This document shows, one piece after another, positions 24,311-37,230 of a DNA stretch of 64,000 nucleotides. The DNA is from Albugo candida (Eukaryota): contig JBDOQK010000004.1 in the NCBI GenBank assembly GCA_040437565.1, positions 248,001 to 312,000 of the forward strand, given 5' to 3'. Numbering within the stretch: position 1 is the stretch's first letter; each line of letters begins with the position of its first letter. Position numbers and translations under genes: made by a program. The notes beneath the pieces were generated by a model. The model ran no database searches, was not told the DNA's origin, and saw only the letters and a list, made by a program, of their open reading frames with translations.

Positions 24311-24595
24311 TTACTCTTCTGTCAGAACACGTGCTGTAAATGACCTTTCTTGTAGCTCTTCATCATATTTCCACACGCCGTTGGCGTTCGTTTTTTCTAA
24401 TTCAAGAGTAGATCTAGCTTTGAATCTCGGCTCCTTGTGATAGACAGTACCGGATGATTGTATATGCTGATTTTCAACATGTTTATTGTTGCCCGCACTT
24501 AGTGAATCATTATAACCGATACAAGGCATGATTCCACCCATATCCAAAGCCCCGAACCACAAAATTGCAGCTGGAAAATTAAGGATCGGCTTCAT
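24311..24595 (-). pseudogene. Secreted RXLR/dEER-like effector candidate, family member A (94-aa ORF, probably prematurely stopped)
   Basis: MKPILNFPAAILWFGALDMGGIMPCIG signal-like N-terminus, then ..RFKARS..DEELQERSF. An Inr/FPR-like GATCATTTTCTTTT lies about 30 nt upstream. Coding-like sequence continues past the stop (NILKVFVKGKAQYLYLIGDTNKKFTVW). Confidence 0.5.
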
Positions 24596-27002
24596 TTCCA
24601 CGTTGGGACTCGAGTGATAAAAGAAAATGATCAGTTCGTAGAAAAATATGTGATCNNNNNNNNNNNNNNNNNNNNNNNNNNNNNNNNNNNNNNNNNNNNN
24701 NNNNNNNNNNNNNNNNNNNNNNNNNNNNNNNNNNNNNNNNNNNNNNNNNNNNNNNAAGGCATGATTCCACCCATATCCAAAGCCCCGAACCACAAAATTG
24801 CAGCTGGAAAATTAAGGATCGGCTTCATTTCCACGTTGGGACTCGAGTGATAAAAGAAAATGATCAGTTCGTAGAAAAATATGTGATCTCGTGTGGGCGA
24901 TAGGTTGAGGGTAGGAATTGAGGTGATGTACTTCATGCACTGGCTCCATAGTACTTAGGAGCCAATCCTTGCGTTCTGCGCATCCTTTGTCCATCTTGCA
25001 AGCATTCGATTGGGGAGGAATGAAACGGTATATAATCCGCTTGGCTGAAAACGTTATGTGGTTCGTCCTATCGACAGAAGATATCATCATATCTTAGGTT
25101 CGTTATCAGCACATTGGTGATGTGGTGAGATTACAAAGCTTGCCATCCACGTGGGTACCAAGTGCAGGTGAGAAAAGCCTTCTTGGTTTTAGCTGGTTCT
25201 GAAGCGCTGAGCGCATCCCATTACCGGCTGATTTTGCACAAAGTCGTAGTTCTGAAGTCATCGAGTATTTGGGCATTTCTGATCCCCTCACGGCGATTTA
25301 TTGGCAACCGCTGATATGCATACGATACTCACTGAATTGGACACGCTACGATGTCAAAATGAGACGTGTTTGAGGTATGATTTCGTACAGTGACTGATTC
25401 GATATGTAGCCCAAAGCGGCCATATAGACGATTTTTACTGTATCCCATACATCCCGAAGCAGACTTTTATCCAAAATGCAGAAGAAAAAGCTACGACGTT
25501 GACATATTTTTTAAATAGTCATCTTGTGCCGATCTCTGAGAAATCAATTATGTCAAGCTCATCTTGCTTGACGAACTTGATGGCGGGGAATCAAGTCAGG
25601 CGTGTTTGGTACAGCTGAAAGTTCCCAACATGCTCTCGTCTTCACACCACTCGGCCTACTAGGCTCATATTTGGATGGGAATCGTCTAAGGCGTAAGTTT
25701 CCAGTACATGACAATCCAACATTGTAGAAAACGATCGTAAACGGACCGATTTGGTATGGTTCCCTCCTGAAGATTACTTCGATGCGGATGATAGAGGGGG
25801 AGGGCATTCTTAGCGTTTGAGGATCGGGGCACGTTCTATCTAGACTTGACGAAAATAGTGAATGCTCGCGAGTTCGGGAGAGCTACCATGCTGGCATCGA
25901 TGTATTTGAAAGACTATACATCTTAGATGTTTATAGTCACTCCTTGACCTAGTACGCGCTCTCGATGATAGGAGGTGGTGACTTGAAGTGTCAGGTGAAA
26001 TTTCTCAGACATCAGTACATGTATTGCGTTCTTTTTTGGCTGTAGACGATGCTTGGATCAGATCCTTTGTATTCTGCAACAACATACCGGCATATTCAAA
26101 TACCAGAGACATCAAATGAAGATGCTGCAAATCTTTTTATAAATGCATTGTACCCGAGACCGATTAATGCAGCAGAGAACGTATGAATAAATTGAACATG
26201 TTGGTGTCGAATTGACAGCTAGTACGGTTTCGTGATACCCAGGTTGTACAATACAGAGAAGGCAAGAAGTCAAATACAAGTTGGTTCCGAATCATTTGGG
26301 ATAACAAACCCGTTTGAGTTTAGCGGTGAAGAAAGATTTTGCAAGATAAAGTAAGCCTTCTTTTTTCATTCCAAAACATTGCCTTACAACCAAGCGTTCA
26401 TGATGCCTCCTGCGAAAGTGACCAAGAGGTACAAAACACCTGGTAACGCAGAATATCATTTTTAATCGATGCCAACAAAAACGTTCATGAATTATGAATT
26501 TGTCTAATTCAGAGAGCTATTATGTTGATATAGCCACGTCGAGCTCACGAAGTGGAACCTCCATGCCGTTATTTGAGAGTCTTGACAATTTAATACGACC
26601 ATATAGGAAGGGCAAAAATATAAATTGTCTCATCGCATGGTCAAACCTATCTAGAGATTCCAACCATATAAACATCACACGCACGTATCCTGAGTATTGT
26701 GCAATTGCGATGGTGTTGCGGAATCTAGGAGCACCGTTGCCGAAAAAACTCGCCAATTCCGTCGCTATCGTCATATTTGTTTAGATCAGACACTTACAAT
26801 GCTCTTTCAAATTTTCTCAACCATCCGCTGTAAGAATAATGAAAGAGCGACTTTCGTTGTAGAAAACTCCAGAGCCATCCATACAGAATCCTTCCTCTGC
26901 TGTCCTAATCGCCGAAAATCTCATTGTACCGGATAGTATACGAGCTGTTTCCTATGTTCACAGAACTGGCAATACTTTCTGCCTCGCTGCTGCAGCACAA
27001 AG

Positions 27003-27044
27003 AAACAATTCACATAAAAACAATTCACATAAAAACAATTCACA
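27003..27044. repeat. Minisatellite, 15-bp unit AAACAATTCACATAA, about 3 copies
   Basis: Seen directly in the sequence. Confidence 0.85.
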
Positions 27045-27600
27045 GAATGAGCGTTATTGGACTGGCTCCAGTGAAGATATTGCCTGCAAGATCCTTCATA
27101 GAAGAATGATGTCAATCTCAGTCGTTGCATATTGAAGAGAATGTCGTGAATACATCGACAAGCTAACAGTTAAAAGGGAGCACTAGATTTGCTCTTCAAG
27201 AAAATTATCAGTTTTCCGTGAAAATCAGGCATGTTTCAATAAGAGGCGCTGTAGTTTTCGGCGAATAATTTATGCACTGCACAGCTCATTTAGTCCTTGA
27301 AAGATGGGAGGTATTCGCAGTGCCCTCATGTACTTCATACAGGACTACAAATTTCGAATGCGCCCACTATAAAGTTATGATCTGGATTTGTTTTATCGAT
27401 CCGACGAACCCTACAACCATTTCAGCCACACACATCCGATACCGTTTCATTTCTCCCCAATCGAATGCTCACAAGATGGAGAAATGATGGGCAGAACGCA
27501 AGGATTGGCTGCTGAGTACTATGTAGCCAGTGCAAGTTCATCTCCTCAATTCCTACCCTCAACCTATCGCCCTACGAGATCACTCTCTCTCCTACGAAAT

Positions 27601-27616
27601 GATCATTTTCGATTAA
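27601..27616 (+). promoter_or_regulatory. Oomycete Inr/FPR-like core promoter of effector-like member B
   Basis: GATCATTTTCGATT, 38 nt before the ATG at 27639. The same position is conserved in members A (GATCATTTTCTTTT) and C (GATCATTTGCGATTT). It resembles the oomycete GCTCATTYY..WTTT consensus. Confidence 0.45.
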
Positions 27617-27638
27617 TACTTCGAGTGCCAACGTGATA

Positions 27639-27949
27639 ATGAAGCCATTTTTTTTTTATCCAGTTGCAATTTTGTGGTCCGGAGTTTTGGATATGGGTAG
27701 AATTGTGCCCTGTTTCAGTGTTAAGCAAGGGTCGGGTGCTGGCATTCATCGAGCTGCCACAGTGCGGAATGATCGACCACCATCTCTCCCAATAGTGCAG
27801 CGGCAGAGGTAATGCGAAATGAAAGACATCAAATAGTGATAAGATGACTTTTTGCTGAAGGTATAATGGGGTCACTAACGTGCTGGCGCCAGATCGTAGA
27901 CCCATAAACGAGTAAGCCGAAAGACGTTGGTAGGGAAGAGAGAAGCTAA
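27639..27949 (+). pseudogene. Secreted RXLR/dEER-like effector candidate, member B (pseudogene)
   Basis: ORF 27639-27812 reads MKPFFFYPVAILWSGVLDMGRIVPCFSVKQGSGAGIHRA...QRQR*. An out-of-frame DVGREERS follows at about 27923-27946. Confidence 0.45.
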
Positions 27950-30900
27950 TCTGGTATCCTATAGTGTAATTAGTTCACAAGGCACGGTTTACGATGAATC
28001 TGAAAAAGTTATCGCCTATTTTGTAGACACGTAAGCCATAATGAGAGAAACGGGAAAGTAATTCACTCACTATTCATTGCAGGAAAGATGAAGTATACTT
28101 GATCGCGATGACTAATGGGATTACCGTCAAATTACTGTACTGTACATCAGAATATATATGTAAGGGGGAGGGCTAAGTCTGATTATTTGTTTCTCAAGGG
28201 ATGGTGCTTTTCCGGCACCTGGAGTGGTTGCGGCGATGCAGGAACTTTTGAATAAATTATACAAAAAGAAGCAAGCGATGACACTGAATGGACCTAAGAA
28301 TACAGCCGTACAAGCAGGACAGTCATCTACGCATCTACGTGTACTGAAGACGAAGTCCAAGAATGCGGAATACTACAAATGATATGTGCGTTTTTGATGC
28401 CGGCAAGCAGTAGAATTCACTCGCGGGAAGAAGGGAAAAGAGGCTGGTAATGATGTAGTTGCACCCTTTCTCGTCGGTGTGTTGTCTGTCTTTCGCCAAA
28501 TGTTCACGATGTTTCAATCATTGCCATAGATCAGCTTGTATATTTGCTATTTTAATCCACCAACTTTTGTTTTGTTACTTTGCGAATGCTCCTATGAAGC
28601 AGTAAACATGCGCTTCGAATCGTTGGTGGAGTGCAGTATCACCATTCCCATCCACAGCCTCAATATCGAACTCAATGTTGACAAAATCTGAACAAAACAT
28701 AACACCATGATTCATATACTTACTGACAGCACTTTATCTGAAACACGCTACAAGATTGGACGATGATTTCACCGGGCCAATATGCATCGAATAAGGTCTA
28801 AAGTACCCTGGATTTACTGATGACAGCCAAAATAGCTCTTACTACTGTACCTACTTACGAGCAGCTACAACATGCAATTGTGCTACTTACATTAAAACCT
28901 GAGCGATTGGATTGGTATTGATGTTGGCAATACAATTTTCTCTGAGAATGACATTAGAGATAATCAGCAGTAGCAAAGCATATGCATTGTGCTGTTTATA
29001 GAAGCGTTTCGTTTCGATTCAATGAAAGCCGAGTTCGACAGTCGTTCCAATCGTTTCTCAAACAAAATGAGGCAAGAGCAAGTGATATCGTAAGAAAATC
29101 ACAGTAGATGATCGCAATTTCGAAAATGCATAAACCTCTCGGGCTAAGTCTTTTCNNNNNNNNNNNNNNNNNNNNNNNNNNNNNNNNNNNNNNNNNNNNN
29201 NNNNNNNNNNNNNNNNNNNNNNNNNNNNNNNNNNNNNNNNNNNNNNNNNNNNNNNAAAATCACAGTAGATGATCGCAATTTCGAAAATGCATAAACCTCT
29301 CGGGCTAAGTCTTTTCGCTTGCATTTGATAAGAGAAGTGCTCCAACAAGGATGTATCAGTCGGGCTAGATCAAACCAGGTTTCGCTAGCTTAGCAAACTC
29401 GTCTCCTTGCCGCTGAACAGCTATGATAGACCGGTACAATCACAGACTTACAATCATTATAATACTACTAAATTCATCCAACATTTCTTATTTGTTGGCA
29501 GAGCCTATGAAAGCCTGAGTATAGGAGCTTATTTTAATTTAAAGCCATTGCAAGACGATTGCCCAGTCTATGTTGTTGTGGACGCGTAACGTGATTGTAC
29601 GAGATCTAGCTGAACTCATCCAAAGAGTATTTTCGGTGAAATTTTGGATTGGTTTGGATTATATCATGTCGCTCATAAACGATCGATTGCATTCGACAAA
29701 GTTGATGGCAATTGGTAAGAGGATACGCTATATACAACTCGTTATATTCTTAGGTGAAAATTGACAAACTACATAAAAGCATTTGAATATTGACATTATG
29801 TCCGTCTAGACATCACTGACTGTAAGTTCTCACCTCTTTCGCAGGCCTCGAGATTTACCTGCCTTTTAGTGTTGTGATACCACCGACCGCGTCTTATTCT
29901 CCCGTTATATGATAGCTGATAGCTTGAGCACAGAGTATTTAGGCCTCCCGTCAAGCCTGTAATCAGAGCTGCCGATTTAGTGGAGAATGTCCCTGTAGAT
30001 GCGTTCCTACTGATCTCATCATCGATATGCGTGGAAATGTCAGTCTGCATCAAGCACTTCCGTTTGAGCTCAACAGGATGCTCTAGAACAGACTATGCGG
30101 AATTTGGAATCGCAGGTGCAAGAACAATCCTTTATTTTGCCTTCAACTGATGTGCAACATATATCTCATCTTATCCAAGAACTCCTTTTTCTGGTTATTA
30201 GGATTGAAATCGATCTATGTTCCCGCTTCACTTCTGATCGTGCTTCACTTGAAAGTGAAGCTCCACGATAGCATCCTATCGGTGCGCCATTAAAACGCTA
30301 CTATTATTCTCGATCAATTGTCATAGACGCCCATTCTCTATGAATGATTTTGGACGTACCACAACAGGTAATTCGTTTTGATCATCAATTCTCAACGCAT
30401 GAGAGAAAGACCAGACGACTATTGCAAGCCAACGTGGGGAGCGGATGGATATGGCGCAAAATTCTCAAATCCGGGCCACTAGTTGGAAATCAAGAGGCCG
30501 TCCACTAGCAGAAACCCCATGCCACCCAGCTTTCAGGAATAACTTCGAGCAGATCATGCGACATTCCATCTTGCATTTATCTGCAATCTATCAAAATTTG
30601 AAGTCGCGAAAAATAGGTTCTCCACTAATCGAATGAGACCTGACTAAACCATAAATCACTATAGACGCTATTGCAGCAAAGTCCTTCACATATCCGGCTC
30701 GTCATAATGGAGACGGAAATCACTCCAAACTGAATTTGCATATCCAGATACAACCCTCGGTCACATTTTACGCCACCCAAAAGTTTTAATTTTAACAGAG
30801 CAGAGCATCCTCGGAGATAAGTGACTACCGAGAACACTCCACTGTCAACGAAGGGAGACACCTATCTCCGTTCCTGTAGTCATCCAGTCATTACAGTCAG

Positions 30901-33584
30901 ACGTGTATCAAAGATGGAATCGTACATCTTTTGGATGTGCTCTTCTTGTGCCGGCCAAGCTGCTCACGGGGTCTTTGAAGAATCGCACTTTCGACAAGAG
31001 CCGACTGAATGGATCGGTACCTTCGTCGCTCCGTCTGCACCAAGACATACAAAGTTCTATTGCCTGTTTGTCAGTGCCTATTATTGGGGCTCAACATTTT
31101 TATGACGATTTTAGCTGATGTGACACGATAGAAAAAGGCGTCGCGTCGGAATGAGCACGCCCCAGCTTTCATGACCTTGGAATGCCATGATTTCGTAATT
31201 TATTGCATCGAAGTGAACAGAGACCACAACGCCGAGAAATGAAAATTTCCTGCAAGCCCTACTAAGGCATCAGCAGTATGCGCTCGATCATGTTGTCTGA
31301 GCTGTCGCATCTGATAAGCTGACTATCTAGCTTCAATTGTAGCATCGGTGGCGATAGACAACTCGGTTTCTCGCATTAAAGTGTCCATAGTAGCAAAATT
31401 CCGATTGCTTCTAATGAATTACGTTAAGCTTTGTCTTTTACGTATCAGATACATAAACTCTTTCCTTTAAGACCTGCCACTTCGTGGCTCTACCAGGCGT
31501 AACATACCGACTTGAACTTGACTTTTTCCTTCGTAATTATTGCATGCTATGTGATGTGATACGCTTCATGGTAATCCTGCATTTTATATCCATGCGATTT
31601 ATGCACACATGCGTAAGCATCGTTGTCGTCTAACGACAAACACCAAACGTGGTGAATTACAAACATTTGATCATATTAGAGATAACGCGAGTAATAAAAG
31701 CATGCATTCTATGTAATGTAAGACACATCTGAAATCTTGACTGTTTTGGTTACCTTCACAATCTGAACAGCTGTTCATATCTCGAACCATCTTTTGCAGC
31801 ATCGGGGTTTAATTTGCTGCAGTATCTGAGAAAATGGTATTGAACTTTTCAAAAATTGAACTCCTTTCTGAGTTCTTCGCAGGATTTAATCGTACATTCC
31901 ACTTTCTATCCAACGATCCTGCCTCGGACCACTGTCTTATGCGGATCTGCGCACGCGGTTGCAAGCTTCTTTTGCGTGGAACTTATGTGCGCCAATGCTT
32001 CTTGGATCTCGGGCTCTTCTTCTATTCACTACAGAAACAGGAACACTTATACAATCAATATACTTCACCATATTGTAGAGACTGAGATGAACTTCGATTA
32101 TTGACCTGCGAGTGACGTCGAAAGAGTGCTCGAGATCAGAACAGACTGTCCAACCAATGAGTATTCCCACACGCCGCAGTTCGGCAAAATTAATTCTTGT
32201 GCGGAAGTCAAGGGGAGATGAAAGTGGCACTTCGGTGCTTCTGTTAGGTAGATCGTCAGATCATCGGTCTCTTTACATCTATGGCTTTATAGGCCAACAA
32301 AACACCAGGGTACATGCTACCGCAACACTGACATGAGCGCGTCCAGGAGAGCAGTATGGGTGTATTCCATTCAAGCTGAGAACTCCAATTGGCGGTTCGA
32401 TAGCGAAGCTGTATGTAGCTGAGAGGATCTTGACATAGAACACGAGAAAAGTTTTCGTGCATTTTAAAAAGACTTTTTTTTCATCTATCGCTAAAAATCT
32501 CCAGCGTTACAGGTTTACAGTAGATGGGTTGATGTACCGCCACCCATACCATTTTGCGATAAGATTACTTATTTGTCAAGGGCCATCTCGCTTTTTTCAA
32601 CAAGTGCAATTAGAAACAATCTCAGAGAACCTCGCACAAGTATTTGATCTGTTACTTGCAAAAATACCAGACATTACTTTTCTCGATCAGGAAACGGGTG
32701 AAGATGGAAGTGCGAAGAATCTCACCTTCTATTTTATGTGAATCAAAGATCTCTCTTTTTTCAGAAAAATATATAGGTACCATCCATATCGTACGGACGA
32801 TGCAAGCAAGGAGGATTGTGTGATGGAGGCATGGATTGCTGACGCTTATTCAATATCAATGAAATAAGCAAACATTAGACAGAAATAGCTGCGCAGTAAA
32901 CTACGAGCCATCGACTATATCAATCCATGTTCAGCACCAGCAGCAAGTTGAAAAAGGTGAGAATAGGTGTTGGTGCAAGTGAATCTTAAGAAGCTTCAAT
33001 AATCACGGAAGAGACGGCTATCAAATCTCGGCAGGTACATGTAGGCAAAGTTGCACGTTAGGTACAAAATCCAGGTAGAGCCAGGGAAAACGCCAGTTTG
33101 GTAAACGAGAACAGTAAGACGTAGAAGAGGAAGAAGAGCTGTTGAAGAGAACCATAACCCAAAATCAATTCCGCTATCATCAACGCACCCGGCATTTACA
33201 ATACAGCATGTATGATGGGGGCCGTTCGACCAACCGAATCAATCATTTTAAGCAAATCATCAAGGTGTAGCAAACTTCCGATATGATGATTGATGACTTC
33301 TCAGAAAACTCTGCTGTGTTATATCATTGTACAAAACAGTTATTCCAGCAGGTGCTACTCAAGCGAAGCTCTTATTCAGCGAGCAGAGCGTTTATTATCA
33401 AAGCTAAATGTACGCATTACTTAGATTTCACTATCCGTACCCGCTTCATGGCAGTTTAAGCACTTTCATTCGTCGGAGCCAAAGTATATACAAGATCCAT
33501 CTTCCTGTTCAAGAAGGAAATAAGGTCTAGAGTTGAATGTTAACGATGAGATATGATTGCTAGTAAATACGCTCTGGCGAAGGA

Positions 33585-33750
33585 GAAATTAGTTCAAGGC
33601 CGAGAATTGCATGCGTCAGCTGGACTTGTAGCCACTTGGCGAACAGTCTTGTCGTTTTTTTGCCTGAAAGAGGGCAACTATTGACTCACCTCCCGTACCC
33701 AAATTTACCTTACCTAATTGAATGCTCTGCACTAATGCCCAGCCCCGCAT
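33585..33750 (+). repeat. Left arm of a diverged inverted repeat (right arm at about 34723-34885)
   Basis: 33614-33649 matches the reverse complement of 34818-34853 at 35/36. Further blocks ATTGACTCAC.TCCCGTACCCA and TGAATGCT.TGCACTAA..CCCAG.CCCGCA also match. Confidence 0.85.
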
Positions 33751-34722
33751 TATTTTCCCACACCAACGCAACCTCTCACAAATGTACAGTCTGCATGAAG
33801 GGCCAAAGAGAAAGGAGGTTCTAAGTGGAATAGATGTTGTCATCGACACGGCTGGAAGGCTGCAACCCAGAATCTGGGTCGTTAATGGATTAAAGCTGCT
33901 TCGGCTAACCGAGTTGTCTGTGGATAGGCTTGTGGACTGTAAGGCGTTGACGGGAAGTTTCGATATCGAGGTGTGCCAAGTGCGAGCTGTCGTTGGTGGT
34001 CGAGTTGAGGAGTCGGAGGCTAGGCGCTGATGAGCCAGGCGTGCGAGTCGCGTGTAATTGCGCCGAGCTGGGTGAAACGCACGGGTACGTTGTGCGGCTG
34101 ATGGATGAGGTAGCGAGTGTTGCCCACCCATCGACCCCTGACCTGTGCTGAATATAACATCAATCCAACTTACAACCCCCGATCTTTGTTTGCATAGCAA
34201 AAGGGATACGGTGCTTTCAGCCTAACATTTAATTTTTATAGTACCTTCTACTTGTTGCATAGCTTTGATTTGAGAAAATAAAGCTACTCTACTTACTGAT
34301 AAACCTACACTTATAGCAGGCTTTGACCTTGATTAAATAAATCATNNNNNNNNNNNNNNNNNNNNNNNNNNNNNNNNNNNNNNNNNNNNNNNNNNNNNNN
34401 NNNNNNNNNNNNNNNNNNNNNNNNNNNNNNNNNNNNNNNNNNNNNGGGATACGGTGCTTTCAGCCTAACATTTAATTTTTATAGTACCTTCTACTTGTTG
34501 CATAGCTTTGATTTGAGAAAATAAAGCTACTCTACTTACTGATAAACCTACACTTATAGCAGGCTTTGACCTTGATTAAATAAATCATTTTCTAGAACAA
34601 TTTGACCATCAGTACTTGATATAACATGAGCTGGTATATATGCAGAGGAAATTTCGTTGGCGTGAGAAAATAATGCGCGACCGGTGCATTACATGTTTTA
34701 GATTCCTCTAGGCGAAAGTGGG

Positions 34723-34885
34723 TGCGGGACTGGGAGTTAGTGCACAGCATTCAGTTAGGCGAAGCTGGGTACGGGATGTGAGTCAATGATTTTCCCCTTC
34801 CAGACACAAAGACTTCTAGACTGTTCGCCAAGTGGCTACATGTCCAGCTGACGTATAAGATTCTAGGCTTTGAATTACTTGTTCG
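34723..34885 (-). repeat. Right arm of the inverted repeat
   Basis: See left arm. Partly re-duplicated at 35015-35111 by the gap artefact. Confidence 0.85.
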
Positions 34886-36669
34886 AAATAAGTCGTGGAC
34901 GTGTGAAGGGCATTNNNNNNNNNNNNNNNNNNNNNNNNNNNNNNNNNNNNNNNNNNNNNNNNNNNNNNNNNNNNNNNNNNNNNNNNNNNNNNNNNNNNNN
35001 NNNNNNNNNNNNNNAGACTGTTCGCCAAGTGGCTACATGTCCAGCTGACGTATAAGATTCTAGGCTTTGAATTACTTGTTCGAAATAAGTCGTGGACGTG
35101 TGAAGGGCATTAGGCCATTCGCTTAATTTGTTTTGACGTTACACGTTCTTAGGCTAGTATGTGTCGTGTGCTTCGCTGCGGGACAGCTGTAGTGGAAGTC
35201 GAACCCGCCGAAGCACTTGAGCCCGGTCCATCTACTAGCCGGTGAAGTAGAGAAGAGCTAGCAAGCCTCTTCGTCAGCCGCTCAGCACGGTTCACTTAGC
35301 TAAACGCCATTCTCTTTAGCCATCATACAACGGCGCGTAGCCGCGGGACCCGGCCACCTTACATGCCTTACCCTTCTGACCGCCTAGCAATGTAATAGAG
35401 GCCCGCATGTAACTTGTTACCTTCAACACGCGAGCGGAAGCCGAGCTCACCATCTACTCACCCAAGACTCTCGCTACACTTATCGTCTCTCACCTTCGCT
35501 CCCTTCCTCTGCCCGCAGGTAGACCAGCAACCAAGTAACCGATCACCGACTCTTGAGCTATGCCGATGATAGCAACTATCGCACTTACAACCTACTCGTC
35601 TTTGGCCCTTGTGAGCTAGCGGAATGTTGTACAGGTATTTGAAGGACTTGTGTACAACACCTTGTCCGTCGTTTAGCCCTCTTCGTTTATAACTATTATT
35701 TTTGCCGTGCCTAAGTTAGCCTAGGCAACCAGAGAAGTCACATAGTCTAATTATAATAATATAGACACCTCCAGATGAGCTGGCGTAGAAAGTAGAATGT
35801 CTGCACCGGTCGGTTCACAAATTGCCATTTATGCAAAAAAAATTAATGAAAATGACCTATTTAAATTGAGAGGTTTAAGTAATACAGTAGTAGGATCTTA
35901 TTGTCCATTCGTGACATCCATAGTATGGGAAAAGGTTGAACTAGGAGTTAAGAAAAGTCCGAGTTTGAGAATAATTGAGGTGAAAGATTCTGTTTTCGTG
36001 TCTTTCCTTTTTTCAATAGAAGAATCAAATCTTCGGGGGTGCTTACTTCTATTATCGATGCAGAGAGATGTACTCGAAACGTAGCTTCTAAACGGCGTCA
36101 TTCGTACATACTCCTGGAAAGCGCAATTTACCAAGTGAAGCGAATGCGCTGGACGTTCGAAACGGGAGGTACGAGCATGCTGTTAAATACTTTTTTACCG
36201 TACACTGATCATCGATTCGTACATTCGACCTTAGATCGACTCGAAAGCAATATAGTATCGAATGTGGAATACTAAGGGAGGGCATACTGCTACATCCAAT
36301 CAACCAGCCAGCACACTACATGAACTTCAATCTCACTCGGATAAGTACGTGGTCGACGCCTGTCGCGTTTGGTTGGGATACCGCATTAGTTCCAGAGCAT
36401 GTAGAGGAGAAACAAATTGCCTCATTCCAACGGAAATATGTTGAGCGTGCAGTGTGGGCTTCGTCATGGGCGCGTGGCGTATGTTAACGCCTGGAATAAT
36501 AGAAAAAGGAGTATCTGGATCCGTCACAAAAGGGACAAGAGGTAGAATGCGGTGCGCAAGATGTCCACGACAACACCAATAACGCCGAATGGTGAAGAAC
36601 CAGAACAAAAAAGGCGAAAGCCAAGAGCGTGAAGTGTCTCTACATGAGAACGTAGAGAAATCCTGAAGC

Positions 36670-37230
36670 AGAGATCTGTACCATCGAAGTGTGTACGAGC
36701 TTATCCAGTTGTCAGCGCGGCATTTTGTGGTAACGATAATTCGGATCGATGCAGCTGCTTGTATTGCTTGCGTTCAACGAATGAGTCTCATCAAGAAGCT
36801 CTAAAAGCGCGTGGAATCAAATCGCAATCGATGCCTCAACGTTATACGTCAGTGATGACCGTCGATTAGTGATCTTCATCCTTCCAAGACGTTATAGCTT
36901 CGCGCCTCATCGTAACTAGAAAACGCATTCAACATATCATCACAGTACAGTGTCACAAATTGCATTGACATTCTACACAATCTCTTCCTTTCTATTCAAT
37001 AACGATTCCTTCCTAAATTCTCCATTGTTTGGTCATTCGTGTCAACTCAGTCTTGGATTGGTCAATTCCCCATCTAATTTTTCTAATCTATACCCGTTGA
37101 GCAAGGGCCTTCATCACGACACTAGGAACTACTACAGGAATCGGAGAGACGAATTCCCTGCTAAGAGAATCAATATAATGCTGTTCTTTTTCTTCTGTCG
37201 TGTTCTTTCGTCTTCTATGCTCCATTGTCT
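36670..37230 (+). repeat. Old dispersed repeat family A, copy 2
   Basis: Collinear similarity to 20680-21290. Confidence 0.8.

Larger units (their letters stand above)
26140..28080 (+). repeat. About 2 kb old segmental duplication (inverted homolog at about 56345-58395) carrying effector-like member B and its upstream region
   Basis: Collinear shared blocks: ATTGAACA..GGTGTCGAATTG; AGTAAGCCTTCT..TTCATTCCAAA; CGTCGCTATCG; TGTTTAGATCAG; TTCTGCCTCGCTGCTG; CTCAATTCCTACCCTCA; GGGAAAGTAAT. Confidence 0.85.

Noticed and set aside
27003-27044. Short direct repeats as a CRISPR-like array
   Set aside because: Contiguous 15-bp units without spacers, in a eukaryotic context with no cas genes.
30242-30261. 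Small hairpins (GCTTCACTT/AAGTGAAGC here; CAGCAGGC/GCCTGCTG near 38729-38759)
   Set aside because: Isolated 8-9 bp stems are expected by chance in 64 kb, with no supporting context.
28100-33500. Numerous short ORFs (60-100 aa), similarly at 38000-41400 and 58400-63500
   Set aside because: No recognisable motifs and mostly non-ATG starts. Some may be decayed genes, but I cannot support a call.
33616-34200. 194-aa minus-strand ORF
   Set aside because: Non-ATG start, S/T/R-rich, no motif, and it overlaps a repeat arm. Probably spurious in GC-rich sequence.
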